Source of the DNA: an uncultured Chloroflexia bacterium
GTDB taxonomy: Bacteria > Chloroflexota > Limnocylindria > Limnocylindrales > CSP1-4
NCBI GenBank assembly: GCA_963734895.1
Contig: CAVTIN010000005.1
Span: 279 to 64,278 of the forward strand
Direction of reading: 5' to 3'
DNA: 64,000 nucleotides
Below the pieces are notes generated by a model, which saw only the letters and a list, made by a program, of their open reading frames with translations, did not search any database and was not told the DNA's origin. A program made the position numbers and the translations under genes. Of this stretch, positions 18,584-29,363 are shown one piece after another (position 1 is the stretch's first letter; every line of letters begins with the position of its first letter).

Positions 18584-19740
18584 TCACGCGGGCTTCACGG
18601 AGCGTTCTCCGCGACTCATCCGAACGGCGCGTTCGCGCAGCATCGGCATCTCCACGGGGAACGTTCCGGCGCGCAGCGCGGCCCGGATCCTGTGCATGAA
18701 GTCTAGGGTGAAGGTCAGGTTGTGACAAGTTGCGAGCCGGTACGCCAGCAGCTCTCGAGCCCGGAACAGGTGGCTCAGATACGCGCGCGAGAACCGGACA
18801 CACAAGGGGCATGGGCAGTCCTCCTGGACCGGTCGCGGATCGTCGCGAAACTGCTCGTTGCGGAGGTTGAGGCGGCCGCCCGGTACCCACAGCTGGCCAT
18901 TGCGGGCAACACGCGCCGGGAGCACCGAATCGAACAGGTCGATTCCCCGGTGCACCGCCTCGAGCAGGTCCGTGGGCGACCCCAGGCCCATCAGGTAGCG
19001 CGGGCGGGGATCGCCGTCGAGCAGCGGCACCGTCACGTCGAGCGTCAGGTTGCGCTCGTCCGGGGTCTCGTCCCCTGCGAGCCCGCCGATGTTGATGCCG
19101 TCGAACGGAAGGCCCGAGATGAACGCCGCTGACTCGGCGCGAAGCTCGGGGTCCAGCCCGCCCTGGACGATGCCGAACAGGGCCTGGTCCGCGCGGGTGT
19201 GCGCCTCCAGCGAGCGCTCCGCCCAGCGATGCGTCCGGCGCATCGCGTCCACCACGACGGCGCGCGGCGAGCTGGGGAACACCGGCTGGTCGAAGGCGAC
19301 CGCGATGTCCGGGCCGAGGGCCTGTTGGACCGCGATCGAGTGCTCCGGCGTGAACCGGTGCGTCGACCCGTCGAGGTGGCTCTTGAACGTCACGCCGTCG
19401 TCGTCGACGACGCGAAGGTCGCCCAGCGAGACCACCTGGTAGCCGCCCGAATCGGTGAGGATCGGGCGGTCCCAGCCCATGAACCGATGAAGGCCGCCGA
19501 GCTGCTCGATCCGCTCATGACCCGGGCGCAGGTACAGGTGATACGTGTTGGCGAGGATGATCGTCGCGCCCGCGTCGGCCACCTCGTCCGGGTGGAGCGC
19601 CTTGACCGTCGCGTTGGTCCCGACGGGCATGAACTGCGGGGTCTCGACGACGCCGTGGGTGAGCGTCAGCCGTCCCAGCCGGGCGCGCGTCGAGCCATCC
19701 GCGGGCGGCGGGACGAGGACCTCGAAGCCGGCAGCGGCAG

Positions 19741-19744
<4 letters not shown>
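18584..19744 (-). CDS. tgt: tRNA-guanine transglycosylase (queuine tRNA-ribosyltransferase)
   Basis: [28 protein letters not shown], zinc site CPCPLC...H. GTG at 19744 overlaps the ruvB stop (GTGA) and is preferred to GTG at 19765. Confidence 0.93.
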
Positions 19745-20814
<1,070 letters not shown>

Positions 20815-20876
20815 CGCGCGCAGTCTAGCAGGCTCGCGGCCATTTGGTACAGATGTTCTAGGCGGATTGGCGACCG

Positions 20877-22943
20877 ATGGCGACGCCGCCGCGATGGCAT
20901 GATGGCGCCATGACAGACCCGTTCACGATCGATCGCATGCTCCAGCTCCCCCGCCTCTCGTCGCTCCGGCTGAGCCCCGACGGACGACGCCTCGTGGTCT
21001 CCGTCTCGACCGTCGCCGTCGACGGCAAGAAGATGGCTGCCTCCGTGTGGCAGGTCGATCCCGACGGCTCGATACCGCCCCGACGTCTGACCCGCTCCGC
21101 GGCCGGTGAGGGCAACGAGGTCGCGTTCCTGCCCGACGGCTCGCTGCTGTTCACGTCGACGCGTCCGGACCCGGACGCCAAGCCGGACCCCGATCGCAGG
21201 ATCGATGCCCTGTGGCTGCTGCCGCCCGATGCTGGCGAGGCGCGGCTGCTCGCGGCCCCCGAGGGCGGCCTGTGCGGGGTCTCCGCGGCACGCGGCACGG
21301 CCGCAATCCTGTTCGGCGCCAACGTCTATCGAGATGCGCCTGACTTCGCGACCGATGCCGAGCGCGCCAAGGTGCGCAAGGACGCCGGCGTCGAGGCACT
21401 GCTGTTCGACGAGTACCCGATCCGCCATTGGGACCACTACCTCGGTCCGCGGATCCGACGCCTGTTCGCGGCGCCGGTTCCCGACGGCGAGGGCAGGATC
21501 GAGGCACCGGTCGATCTCGAGCCCGCAGCGATCGGGTTCACGTTCGAGGAGTCGGGATCGGACATCAGCCCCGACGGCTCGACCGTCGTGGCCACGCGCC
21601 GGCTGCCCGGCAGCGTGCCTGAGACCTGGGACGACCTCGTCGTCTACGACGCCGCCACCGGCGCGGCGCGCCAGCTCACCCACGGCGACGCGGGCTACCA
21701 CGAGCCCGTCATCTCGCCGGACGGCCGGCATGTCGCCGCCGTGCGAATCACCTATGCGACTCCCGACAAGGCCGAGGCCGCCACGCTCGTCCTGATCGAC
21801 ATTGCCAGCGGTGAGCAGCGGACGCTCGCGGCCGAGACCGATCGCCTCCCCGAGCACCCGACCTGGGGACCCGATTCCTCGGTCCTCTACTTCTCGGCGG
21901 ACGACGAGGGCATGCACTCCGCGTACCGCGTCGACCTGCCATCGGGCGTCGCAACCCGCCTCACCGCCGACGGCTCGGTCACGGACCTGTGTCCGGCGCC
22001 CGATGGAGCCACGGTCTTCGCCCTCCAGTCCACCATGGTGTCGCCGCCTCGCGTGGTGCGGTTCGATGCCCACACCACGGACCAGGTCCCGGTCCCCGTG
22101 CCCAACGCCATCGAGGAAGCCGCGGTCGAGCTGCCCGGCCTGCTGGACAGGGTCATCACCACGGCCGAGGACGGAACCCGGATCGGCGCCTGGCTCATCC
22201 GTCCGCCGGCGGCATCGGCTGCGGCGCCCGCGCCGCTCGTCGTGTTCGTCCACGGCGGGCCGCTGGGCTCGTGGAACGGGTGGCACTGGCGCTGGAATCC
22301 GAACATCCTGGTCGAGCAGGGGTATGCGGTGCTGCTTCCCGACCCTGCCCTCTCGACCGGGTACGGCCAGGCGATGCTCGATCGAGGCTGGGGCCAATGG
22401 GGCGGCACGCCGTACACGGACATCATGGCCACCGTCGACGCGACGGTGGCGCGCCCGGACATCGACGGCGAGCACGTCGGCCTGATGGGCGGTTCCTACG
22501 GCGGGTATATGGCCAACTGGGTCGCGGGCCACACGGACCGGTTCGGCTGCATCGTCACCCACGCGTCGCTGTGGGAGCTCGTCGGCTTCCACGGCACCAC
22601 CGATCACGGGCCGGCGTGGGAGCACGAGATGGGCGATCCGTACGTGGACCCGTCGATCTACGTCGACAGCTCGCCCCGGAAGTACCTCGCGGCGATGGCT
22701 GCGGCAAAGACGCCGATGCTGGTGATCCACGGGGAACGAGACCACCGCGTCCCGATCTCGGAGGCGCTCATCCTGTGGACCGACATGCGACGGATGGGCG
22801 TACCCGGCCGCTTCCTCTACTTCCCCGACGAGAACCACTGGGTGCTCAAGCCGCAGAACGCGCGGGTCTGGTACGGGACGGTTCTGTCGTTCCTGGACGA
22901 GCACCTTCGCGGGATCGCGTTCGAAAGCCACGCGCTGCTGTAG
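20877..22943 (+). CDS. S9-family serine peptidase (prolyl oligopeptidase / acylaminoacyl-peptidase type)
   Basis: N-terminal beta-propeller-like repeats (SPDG... recurring). C-terminal alpha/beta hydrolase with nucleophile elbow GGSYGGYM, then HGERDHRVP and ENHW. Start is uncertain (20877 or ATG 20910). Confidence 0.88.
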   Translation: MATPPRWHDGAMTDPFTIDRMLQLPRLSSLRLSPDGRRLVVSVSTVAVDGKKMAASVWQVDPDGSIPPRRLTRSAAGEGNEVAFLPDGSLLFTSTRPDPDAKPDPDRRIDALWLLPPDAGEARLLAAPEGGLCGVSAARGTAAILFGANVYRDAPDFATDAERAKVRKDAGVEALLFDEYPIRHWDHYLGPRIRRLFAAPVPDGEGRIEAPVDLEPAAIGFTFEESGSDISPDGSTVVATRRLPGSVPETWDDLVVYDAATGAARQLTHGDAGYHEPVISPDGRHVAAVRITYATPDKAEAATLVLIDIASGEQRTLAAETDRLPEHPTWGPDSSVLYFSADDEGMHSAYRVDLPSGVATRLTADGSVTDLCPAPDGATVFALQSTMVSPPRVVRFDAHTTDQVPVPVPNAIEEAAVELPGLLDRVITTAEDGTRIGAWLIRPPAASAAAPAPLVVFVHGGPLGSWNGWHWRWNPNILVEQGYAVLLPDPALSTGYGQAMLDRGWGQWGGTPYTDIMATVDATVARPDIDGEHVGLMGGSYGGYMANWVAGHTDRFGCIVTHASLWELVGFHGTTDHGPAWEHEMGDPYVDPSIYVDSSPRKYLAAMAAAKTPMLVIHGERDHRVPISEALILWTDMRRMGVPGRFLYFPDENHWVLKPQNARVWYGTVLSFLDEHLRGIAFESHALL

Positions 22944-22985
22944 CGGCCGAGCCCCGACGAGGCCGGGCGGCGCCGAGGCGCGCCG

Positions 22986-23579
22986 TCAGTCGCGCAGGAG
23001 CGTCCGCAGCGCCGCCTTGACACGCTCCTCGAGGCCCGCGCCGACCGCCGCGTCGTTCACCGCCAGCCGGGACGCCTCCCGCGCCTCGCCCAGCGAGTAG
23101 CCCAGCGCCTGGAGCGCCGCCACCACCTCGCCCTCGGACGCGGTGGCCATGGCCGCCGACGTGCCGGCCGCGATGCCCGCTGCGGAGACCTTCTCCTTGA
23201 GCTCGAAGATGATCCGCTCGGCGAGCTTCTTGCCGATTCCCGGGATGGACACCAGCACCGCCTGGTCCTGCTGGAGGATCGCGAGCTGGAGATCCGCGGT
23301 CGCCCGCGAGCCGACGATCGCGAGGGCGACCTTGGGCCCCACGCCGGTGACCGTCAGCAACAGGTTGAAGAAGCCGAGCTCCTCGCTGGTCCGGAACCCG
23401 AACAGCGCCTGCTGGTCCTCGCGAACGAGATGGTACGTGTGGAGCTTGAGGCGGCCACCGGGCGTGGCGTCGGCGATGACCGACGGCGCCGCGAACACGC
23501 GATAGCCGATCCCGCCGACCTCGATCACCAGCGAGTCACTGGCGATCGCTCCGACCACGCCCTCGACCGAGGCGATCAC
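22986..23579 (-). CDS. ruvA: Holliday junction DNA helicase subunit RuvA
   Basis: MIASVEGVV..., FGF...E..FF..LL.V.GVGPK, HhH IPGIGKKLAERI. Confidence 0.95.
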   Translation of the reverse strand: MIASVEGVVGAIASDSLVIEVGGIGYRVFAAPSVIADATPGGRLKLHTYHLVREDQQALFGFRTSEELGFFNLLLTVTGVGPKVALAIVGSRATADLQLAILQQDQAVLVSIPGIGKKLAERIIFELKEKVSAAGIAAGTSAAMATASEGEVVAALQALGYSLGEAREASRLAVNDAAVGAGLEERVKAALRTLLRD

Positions 23580-24247
23580 CCGCGCACGTTCGTCCGGCCG
23601 CCCCTGCCGGTTGCGGCAGCCGGCCGGCCGGTCTTGCCGCCGGACCGGGTGTCGCGGACCAGCGCCTCGCGGACCGCGCGCTCGTACGGCGTCTCGCCGC
23701 GCGTGATCGGTGCGACCGCCGCGCGGTCCAGGATCGGCGCCCGGGCGTTGCCGGAACCCGTGTTGCCCTGCGCCTCCGGGCGCTCGCGGTTCGCGATGCA
23801 GATCGCGATCGCCAGCGCATCCGACGTGTCGTCGGGTGTCGGGACCTCGGCCAGCTCCAGGATGACCGTGACCATGCGCGCGACCTGGCCCTTGTCCGCG
23901 CTCCCATACCCCGTGACACCGAGCTTGACCTCGCTCGGCGTGGCCTCGCGGACGCTGACGCCGGCCTGCGCGGCAGCCAGCAGGACGACTCCGCGCGCCT
24001 GGCCGACCGCCAGCGCGGTCTGGACGTTACGAGAGAAGAACAGCCGCTCGACCGCCACCAGGTCCGGGTGGTGCGTCTCGATCAGCTCGGAGACCAGCGC
24101 ATGGATCTGGACCAGGCGGTCCGGCAGCGGGACGTCGGGGCTCGTGGTCAGCGTGCCGTAGTCGACGGCGCGGAGCCGGCCACCCGTTCGCTCGACGATC
24201 CCATACCCGAGGGAAGCGGTCCCGGGGTCGATCCCCAGGATGATCAC
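23576..24247 (-). CDS. ruvC: Crossover junction endodeoxyribonuclease RuvC, with a ~60-aa basic C-terminal extension
   Basis: ILGIDPGTASLGYGIVE, VAVERLFF, TGYGSADKGQV, DALAIAICIA. It overlaps the ruvA start by 4 nt. Confidence 0.93.
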   Translation of the reverse strand: MIILGIDPGTASLGYGIVERTGGRLRAVDYGTLTTSPDVPLPDRLVQIHALVSELIETHHPDLVAVERLFFSRNVQTALAVGQARGVVLLAAAQAGVSVREATPSEVKLGVTGYGSADKGQVARMVTVILELAEVPTPDDTSDALAIAICIANRERPEAQGNTGSGNARAPILDRAAVAPITRGETPYERAVREALVRDTRSGGKTGRPAAATGRGGRTNVRG

Positions 24248-24993
24248 CCGGCGACCTCGGCCATCAGCTCTTCGGGGATGTCGACGTTGGCGCTCACGCG
24301 CTGGACATCGTCAAGGTCTTCGAGCAGCTCCACCAGCCGCAGCGCCTTGCGCACGTGATCGGCGTCCATGCTGACGGTCTGCTTGGCGAGCATCGCGGTC
24401 TCGGCGGCCTCGACGCTGACGCCTCCGTCTTCCAACGCCCGGCGGACTCGCTCGAGGTCGCCCGGTTCCGTGTAGATCTCGATCGGGTCGGACTCCGTGT
24501 CCACGTCGACGGCGCCCGCGTCGATCGCGGACAGGGCGACCTCGTCCGCATCCGCGCCCTCGCGTGGGACCGTCACCAGCCCGCGTGGCTCGAACTGCCA
24601 GGCAACCGCGCCGCTGCCCGCCAGCTGGCCGCCGGCCTTGACGAAGATAGACCGGACCTCGGCCGCCGTCCGGTTCCGGTTGTCGGTCGCCGCCTCGACG
24701 AGCAGGGCCACGCCGCCGGGGCCGTAGCCCTCGTAGACGATCTCCTCGTACTGGACCTCGTCGCCCCCGCCGGTCGCCTTCTCGATCGCGCGCTTGATGT
24801 TGTCCGCGGGCATGTTGATCGCGCGTGCCTTCTCCACCGCCAGCCGCAGGCGATAGTTCGCGTCAGGATCACCGCCACCGGCGCGCGCGGCAACCGCAAC
24901 CTCGCGCGCGACCTTCGTGAACATGGCGCTGCGCTTGGAATCGTTGACGCCCTTCTGGCGCTTGATCGTCGACCATTTGGAATGTCCGGACAT
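24244..24993 (-). CDS. yebC: YebC/PmpR-family transcriptional regulator
   Basis: MSGHSKWSTIKRQKG..., AVEKARAINMPADNIKRAIEKA. It overlaps the ruvC start by 4 nt. Confidence 0.95.
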   Translation of the reverse strand: MSGHSKWSTIKRQKGVNDSKRSAMFTKVAREVAVAARAGGGDPDANYRLRLAVEKARAINMPADNIKRAIEKATGGGDEVQYEEIVYEGYGPGGVALLVEAATDNRNRTAAEVRSIFVKAGGQLAGSGAVAWQFEPRGLVTVPREGADADEVALSAIDAGAVDVDTESDPIEIYTEPGDLERVRRALEDGGVSVEAAETAMLAKQTVSMDADHVRKALRLVELLEDLDDVQRVSANVDIPEELMAEVAG

Positions 24994-25169
24994 CGGGCGG
25001 GAGTATACCGACTATCATCGTGACAACGGGTCCACCGTCCCGGTTGAGGGTGCGAAGCGTGCCCCAGGTCCGGACCCGGCGTTGCAGTCCTGCGCATCCT
25101 GCGCCCACCGTCCCGTCACGGCCGGGCCCCCGGTCCGACGGTCGAACCTACCGAGAGGAACCGCGCGCG

Positions 25170-27248
25170 ATGACCTTGAAGAGCGTCGATATCGCCCATG
25201 TCCGCAGCGTCGTGCTGGCCGGCCACGCCGGCAGCGGCAAGACGACGCTGGCGGAGCAGGTCCTGTTCCGGGCGGGGGCGATCCCGCGGCTGGGCCGGGT
25301 CGACGACGGAACGGCCCACCTCGACTACGAGCCCGAGGAGCAGAAGCGCAACCAGACGCTGAGCCTGGCGGTCGGCACCTTCGACCACGACGATCACGAG
25401 ATCACGGTGGTCGACACCCCCGGCTACCCGGACTTCGTGGGCGAGATGGTCCAGGGGTTCCACGCGGCCGATGCGGCGCTGTTCGTGATGGATGCCTCGG
25501 CCGGCGTCGAGGCGGGGCTCGAGTCCGCCGTTGCGGTTGGCCGGGCGACGAACACGGCGGCCTGCTTCGTGCTCAACAAGTGCGACCGGGAGAACGCCGA
25601 TCCGGGCCGGGCGCTGGACGACCTCCGGACGACGTTCGGCAACAAGATCGCGCCCCTTCACCTGGCGATCGGCGCGGCCGACACCTTCACCGGCTACGTC
25701 GATCTCGTCCACCGGCGCGCCTGGCGGTTCGAGGACGACAAGGAAGTCCAGATCGACATTCCCGCCGAGCTCGCAGACGAGGTTGCACGCCGGCGGGATC
25801 AGCTGCTCGAGGCCGCCGCGGAAGCGGACGACGTCGTATTCGAGAAGTACCTCAACGAGGAGGAGATCTCGGACGCGGAGCTGGATGCGTGTCTCCACAA
25901 GGGGGTCCGCGAGGCCGTCCTCGCCCCGGTCCTGGTGGCCTCCGCCGCCAGGGGCATCGGCCTGGGCGCACTGCTCGACGCCATCGTTCGCTATCTGCCG
26001 TCGCCCGAGGAGGAAGGCCCCTACGCGGCCACGGACAAGGCCGGCAAGGAGGTCGAGGTCGCGGCGTCGGTGGATGGCCCGCTCCTTGTCCGCGTGTTCA
26101 AGACGGCAGCGGACCCGTTCGTCGGCCGGTTGACGTACCTCCGAGTCCTGTCCGGCACGCTCAAGAGCCAGGGCGGCGTGTTCAACGCCAGCAAGGGCGC
26201 CGATGAACGGATCGGGCAGCTCCTGTATCTCCACGGCAAGGAGCAGGAAGCTGCCGGGGCGCTCAAGGCCGGGGAGATCGGCGCCGTCGCGAAGCTCGGC
26301 GTGACCGAGACCGGCGATACCCTCGCGGGCAAGGAGCACCCGCTGATCCTGGCGCCGATGGCGTTCCCCGAGCCCACCCTCCTGGTCGCGATCGAGCCCG
26401 AGTCGAAGGGCGATCTCGACAAGATGGGGCCGGCGCTCCAGCGGATGCTCGAGGAGGAGCCGACGGCGCGCGTCGAGCGCAGCGAGACCGGGGAGCAGAT
26501 CCTGCGCACGATCGGCGAGGCACAGGTTGCCGTCATCACCGAGCGGCTCAAGCGCAAGTTCGGCGCCGCGATCGTGACTCGCACCCCGACCGTCCCGTAC
26601 CGGGAGACCATCCGCGGCAAGACCCAGGTCCATGGCCGGTACAAGAAGCAGACCGGCGGCCACGGCATGTTCGGCGACGTCTGGCTGGAGCTCGAGCCGA
26701 GCCCGGGCAACGGGGTCGAGTTCGCGGACCGCGTCGTGGGCGGGTCGGTCCCCAAGGGATTCTTCACCGGGATCGAGAAGGGCATCCGCGAGACGGCCGC
26801 AGACGGCGTGTTCGCCGGCTACCCGCTGATCGACTTCAAGGCGACCCTTTATGACGGGTCGTTCCACCCCGTCGACTCCAACGAGCTGGCATTCAAGATC
26901 GCCGCCTCGATGGCCCTCAAGGACGGCGTGCTCCAGGCGAAGCCCGTGCTGCTGGAGCCGATCATGGCGGTCGATGTCCGGGTGCCGGAGCAGTACATGG
27001 GCGAGGTCAACCGTGACCTCAACGGCCGCCGCGGACGCCTGCTGGGGCTCGACTCAGCCGACGGCATCCAGGTGATCTCGGCGCACGTCCCCCAGGCCGA
27101 GCTGTTCTCCTACGCCACCGAGCTCAGGGCCTTCACCGGCGGGCGCGGCACGTTCAGCGCCACGCTCGACCACTACGAGGACGTTCCGTCGCACCTCGCC
27201 GAGAAGATCGTCGAGGCGCACAAGAAGGAGCTCGCCGAAGCCCACTGA
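25170..27248 (+). CDS. Elongation factor G paralogue (EF-G2-like translational GTPase)
   Basis: G1 AGHAGSGKTTL, G3 DTPGYPDF, G4 NKCD, and EF-G domains II-V (e.g. HGRYKKQTGGHGMFGDVWLELEP). ATG at 25170 has GAGAGG upstream. The ORF-track start at 25020 adds non-protein-like sequence. Confidence 0.9.
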   Translation: MTLKSVDIAHVRSVVLAGHAGSGKTTLAEQVLFRAGAIPRLGRVDDGTAHLDYEPEEQKRNQTLSLAVGTFDHDDHEITVVDTPGYPDFVGEMVQGFHAADAALFVMDASAGVEAGLESAVAVGRATNTAACFVLNKCDRENADPGRALDDLRTTFGNKIAPLHLAIGAADTFTGYVDLVHRRAWRFEDDKEVQIDIPAELADEVARRRDQLLEAAAEADDVVFEKYLNEEEISDAELDACLHKGVREAVLAPVLVASAARGIGLGALLDAIVRYLPSPEEEGPYAATDKAGKEVEVAASVDGPLLVRVFKTAADPFVGRLTYLRVLSGTLKSQGGVFNASKGADERIGQLLYLHGKEQEAAGALKAGEIGAVAKLGVTETGDTLAGKEHPLILAPMAFPEPTLLVAIEPESKGDLDKMGPALQRMLEEEPTARVERSETGEQILRTIGEAQVAVITERLKRKFGAAIVTRTPTVPYRETIRGKTQVHGRYKKQTGGHGMFGDVWLELEPSPGNGVEFADRVVGGSVPKGFFTGIEKGIRETAADGVFAGYPLIDFKATLYDGSFHPVDSNELAFKIAASMALKDGVLQAKPVLLEPIMAVDVRVPEQYMGEVNRDLNGRRGRLLGLDSADGIQVISAHVPQAELFSYATELRAFTGGRGTFSATLDHYEDVPSHLAEKIVEAHKKELAEAH

Positions 27249-27255
27249 GGCCGTC

Positions 27256-27284
27256 GCGCCGGCCGGGGATCGACCGCCCGGCGC
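27256..27284. terminator. GC-rich hairpin between the convergent EF-G-like and hisA genes (possible bidirectional terminator)
   Basis: GCGCCGG (27256-27262) pairs with CCGGCGC (27278-27284). The inner pairs are CGG/CCG. There is no clear U-tract. Confidence 0.3.
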
Positions 27285-27290
27285 CTACTC

Positions 27291-28037
27291 TCAGCCGCGT
27301 CCGCCGGCGGAACCCAGGGCCTCGACCAGCGCCCGAAGATCGATCTGGCCCTCGTACAGCGCCCGACCGACGATGACGCCCGCGCACCCGGCCGCCTGGG
27401 CGGCCAGCACATCGTCGACGGACGCGATCCCGCCCGAGGCGATGATCCGTCCACGACCGAGCGCGACCAGCCTCCGCAACGTCGCGAGGTCCGGGCCCTC
27501 GAGGAGCCCGTCCCGTTCGATGGCCGTGACCTCGAAGCCGGTGATTCCGGCGTCGGCGAGCATGGCCACGGCATCCGCCGCGGGGAGACCGGGCGCGCCG
27601 GTCCGCCAGCCCTCGCCCAGTGCCAGCCCGTCACGAACGTCGATCGAAGCAACGACGCGATCTGCGCCGTGGCGCGCCACGATCTCGGCTGCGAATGCCG
27701 GATCCCGCAGCACGGCCGTCCCGACGGCCACCCGGCTCACCCCCGTGCCCAGCGCGCCGGCGACCGAGGCTGCAGATCGCAGGCCCCCGCCGAGCTCGAC
27801 CTGGGCTCGACCCCGAAGCTCCGCAACGACCGCGGCGACCAGCTCGAGCTGCCGCGGCTCCCCCGCCCGCGCCCCGTCGAGATCCACCACGTGGACCCAG
27901 GCGGCACCGGCCTCGGCAAACGCGCGCGCCGTGGCCCGCGGATCCGAGCCGTAGGTGGTCTCGCGTGCGAAATCGCCCTGCCGGAGCCGGACCACCCGCC
28001 CCCCGAGCAGGTCGATCGCCGGCAGCACCTCGAACAT
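27291..28037 (-). CDS. hisA: ProFAR isomerase HisA (possibly PriA-like)
   Basis: MFEVLPAIDLLGGRVVRLRQGDF..., VELGGGLRS, ASGGIAS. ATG at 28037. It is transcribed divergently from the rest of the his genes. Confidence 0.92.
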   Translation of the reverse strand: MFEVLPAIDLLGGRVVRLRQGDFARETTYGSDPRATARAFAEAGAAWVHVVDLDGARAGEPRQLELVAAVVAELRGRAQVELGGGLRSAASVAGALGTGVSRVAVGTAVLRDPAFAAEIVARHGADRVVASIDVRDGLALGEGWRTGAPGLPAADAVAMLADAGITGFEVTAIERDGLLEGPDLATLRRLVALGRGRIIASGGIASVDDVLAAQAAGCAGVIVGRALYEGQIDLRALVEALGSAGGRG

Positions 28038-28060
28038 TGACACTCCGACCCCCATCCTGC

Positions 28061-28078
28061 TAGCGTTGTAGCACGCTA
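28061..28078. promoter_or_regulatory. 18-bp inverted repeat in the hisA / his-operon divergent promoter region (candidate operator)
   Basis: TAGCGT-tgtagc-ACGCTA, overlapped by GTAGC-ac-GCTAC. It lies about 100 nt upstream of the TrpR/YerC-like gene and 24 nt upstream of the hisA start. Confidence 0.4.
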
Positions 28079-28179
28079 CTACAGCATCATCGCACGGGAC
28101 GCAATCCCGCCCGGGGGCATCCGCCCGCGAAGCTCCAGCGTCGCATGCCTCGCCCATGGAAACAAGGAAGGAGACGCCC

Positions 28180-28506
28180 GTGACCGACGACTGGCGCACC
28201 CCGGACTCCGAGGCGCTGATCGAGGTCCTGCTGCGCCTCGACTCGCCCGAGGACGCCGAGCGGTTCCTGCGCGACCTGTGCACGCTCGGCGAGCTGCGGG
28301 ACATGGCCCAGCGATGGGCGGTCGCCCGGCTCCTGGACGCCGGCCTGCACTACGCGGAGATCTCGCAGCGGACCGGAGCCAGCACCGCGACGATCACGCG
28401 CATCGCATCCTGGCTCAACCACGGCGAAGGTGGCTATCGCCGGATGCTCGACCGAACGCGCGACTCCGAGGCGGCCGTGGGCGACGCACCCGGCAGCGTC
28501 CGATGA
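28180..28506 (+). CDS. YerC/YecD-type TrpR-family DNA-binding protein, first gene of the his operon
   Basis: ...LIEVLLRLDSPEDAERFLRDLCTLGELRDMAQRWAVARLLDAGLHYAEISQRTGASTATITRIASWLNHGEGGY. GTG at 28180 is preceded by AAGGAAGGAGA. ATG at 28156 is the alternative start. The stop overlaps the hisG ATG (ATGA). Confidence 0.85.
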   Translation: MTDDWRTPDSEALIEVLLRLDSPEDAERFLRDLCTLGELRDMAQRWAVARLLDAGLHYAEISQRTGASTATITRIASWLNHGEGGYRRMLDRTRDSEAAVGDAPGSVR

Positions 28507-29363
28507 GGGAACGCCTGCGCCTGGCGATCCCCAACAAGGGACGCCTCGTCGAACCGACGCTGGCCCTGCTCCACGACGCCGGACTCGTGTTCGAGGAGCA
28601 CGACCGCAACCTCGTCGCGCGGGTCCAGAACCACCCGCTCGACATCCTGTTCGTGCGCACGGGCGATGTCGTGGAGTTCGTATCCGACGGCGTCGCGGAT
28701 GCCGGGGTCACGGGCGTCGACATCCTCGCCGAGAGCGGCGTGCCGCTGCCCACCCTTCGCCCGCTCGGCTACGGGCGGTGCCGGCTGGCCGCAGCCGTCT
28801 CCGCGGATGCGCCGTTCCAGGCGATCAAGGATCTCGCCGGGCTCAAGGTCGCCACCTCGCATCCCAACGTCACCCGCGGCTTCTTCGCGGACCAGGGGAT
28901 CCCCGTGGAGGTCATCTCGCTGTCGGGTGCCGTCGAGGTCGCGCCGAGGCTGGGTCTCGCGGACGCGATCGTGGACCTCGTGTCCACCGGCTCGACGCTC
29001 GCCATGAACGGGCTCCGTCCGATCGGCGAGATCCTCGCCTCGGAGGCGATCCTGGTGGCAAGCCCCACCGCGCTCGAACAGCGCGCCGGCGAGCTCGAAT
29101 CCATCGTCACGATGCTCGGCTCGGTCATCGCCGCCCGCGGGCGCAAGTACCTGATGATGAACGCGCCGTCGGCCAGACTCGCCGTCCTCGAGGACCTCCT
29201 GCCGGGGCTCGAATCTCCGTCCGTCATCCCGCTGGCGCACGCGGGCATGATCGCCATCCACAGCGTCGTGGGCGCCGACGAGGTCTGGGGGCTGCTGCCC
29301 CGGCTCAAGACCGCCGGCGCCTCGGGGATCCTCGTGCTCCCGATCGAGAAGATCCTGCCGTGA
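28503..29363 (+). CDS. hisG: ATP phosphoribosyltransferase
   Basis: LRLAIPNKGRL..., DILFVRTGDV, DLVSTGSTL. Confidence 0.93.
   Translation: MRERLRLAIPNKGRLVEPTLALLHDAGLVFEEHDRNLVARVQNHPLDILFVRTGDVVEFVSDGVADAGVTGVDILAESGVPLPTLRPLGYGRCRLAAAVSADAPFQAIKDLAGLKVATSHPNVTRGFFADQGIPVEVISLSGAVEVAPRLGLADAIVDLVSTGSTLAMNGLRPIGEILASEAILVASPTALEQRAGELESIVTMLGSVIAARGRKYLMMNAPSARLAVLEDLLPGLESPSVIPLAHAGMIAIHSVVGADEVWGLLPRLKTAGASGILVLPIEKILP

Noticed and set aside
18309-18890. 193-aa minus-strand ORF covering the recA-tgt gap
   Set aside because: It overlaps the 3' end of tgt out of frame and has a Pro/Arg-rich composition. The 53-codon ORF with a GGAGG SD in another frame is the better candidate for this gap.
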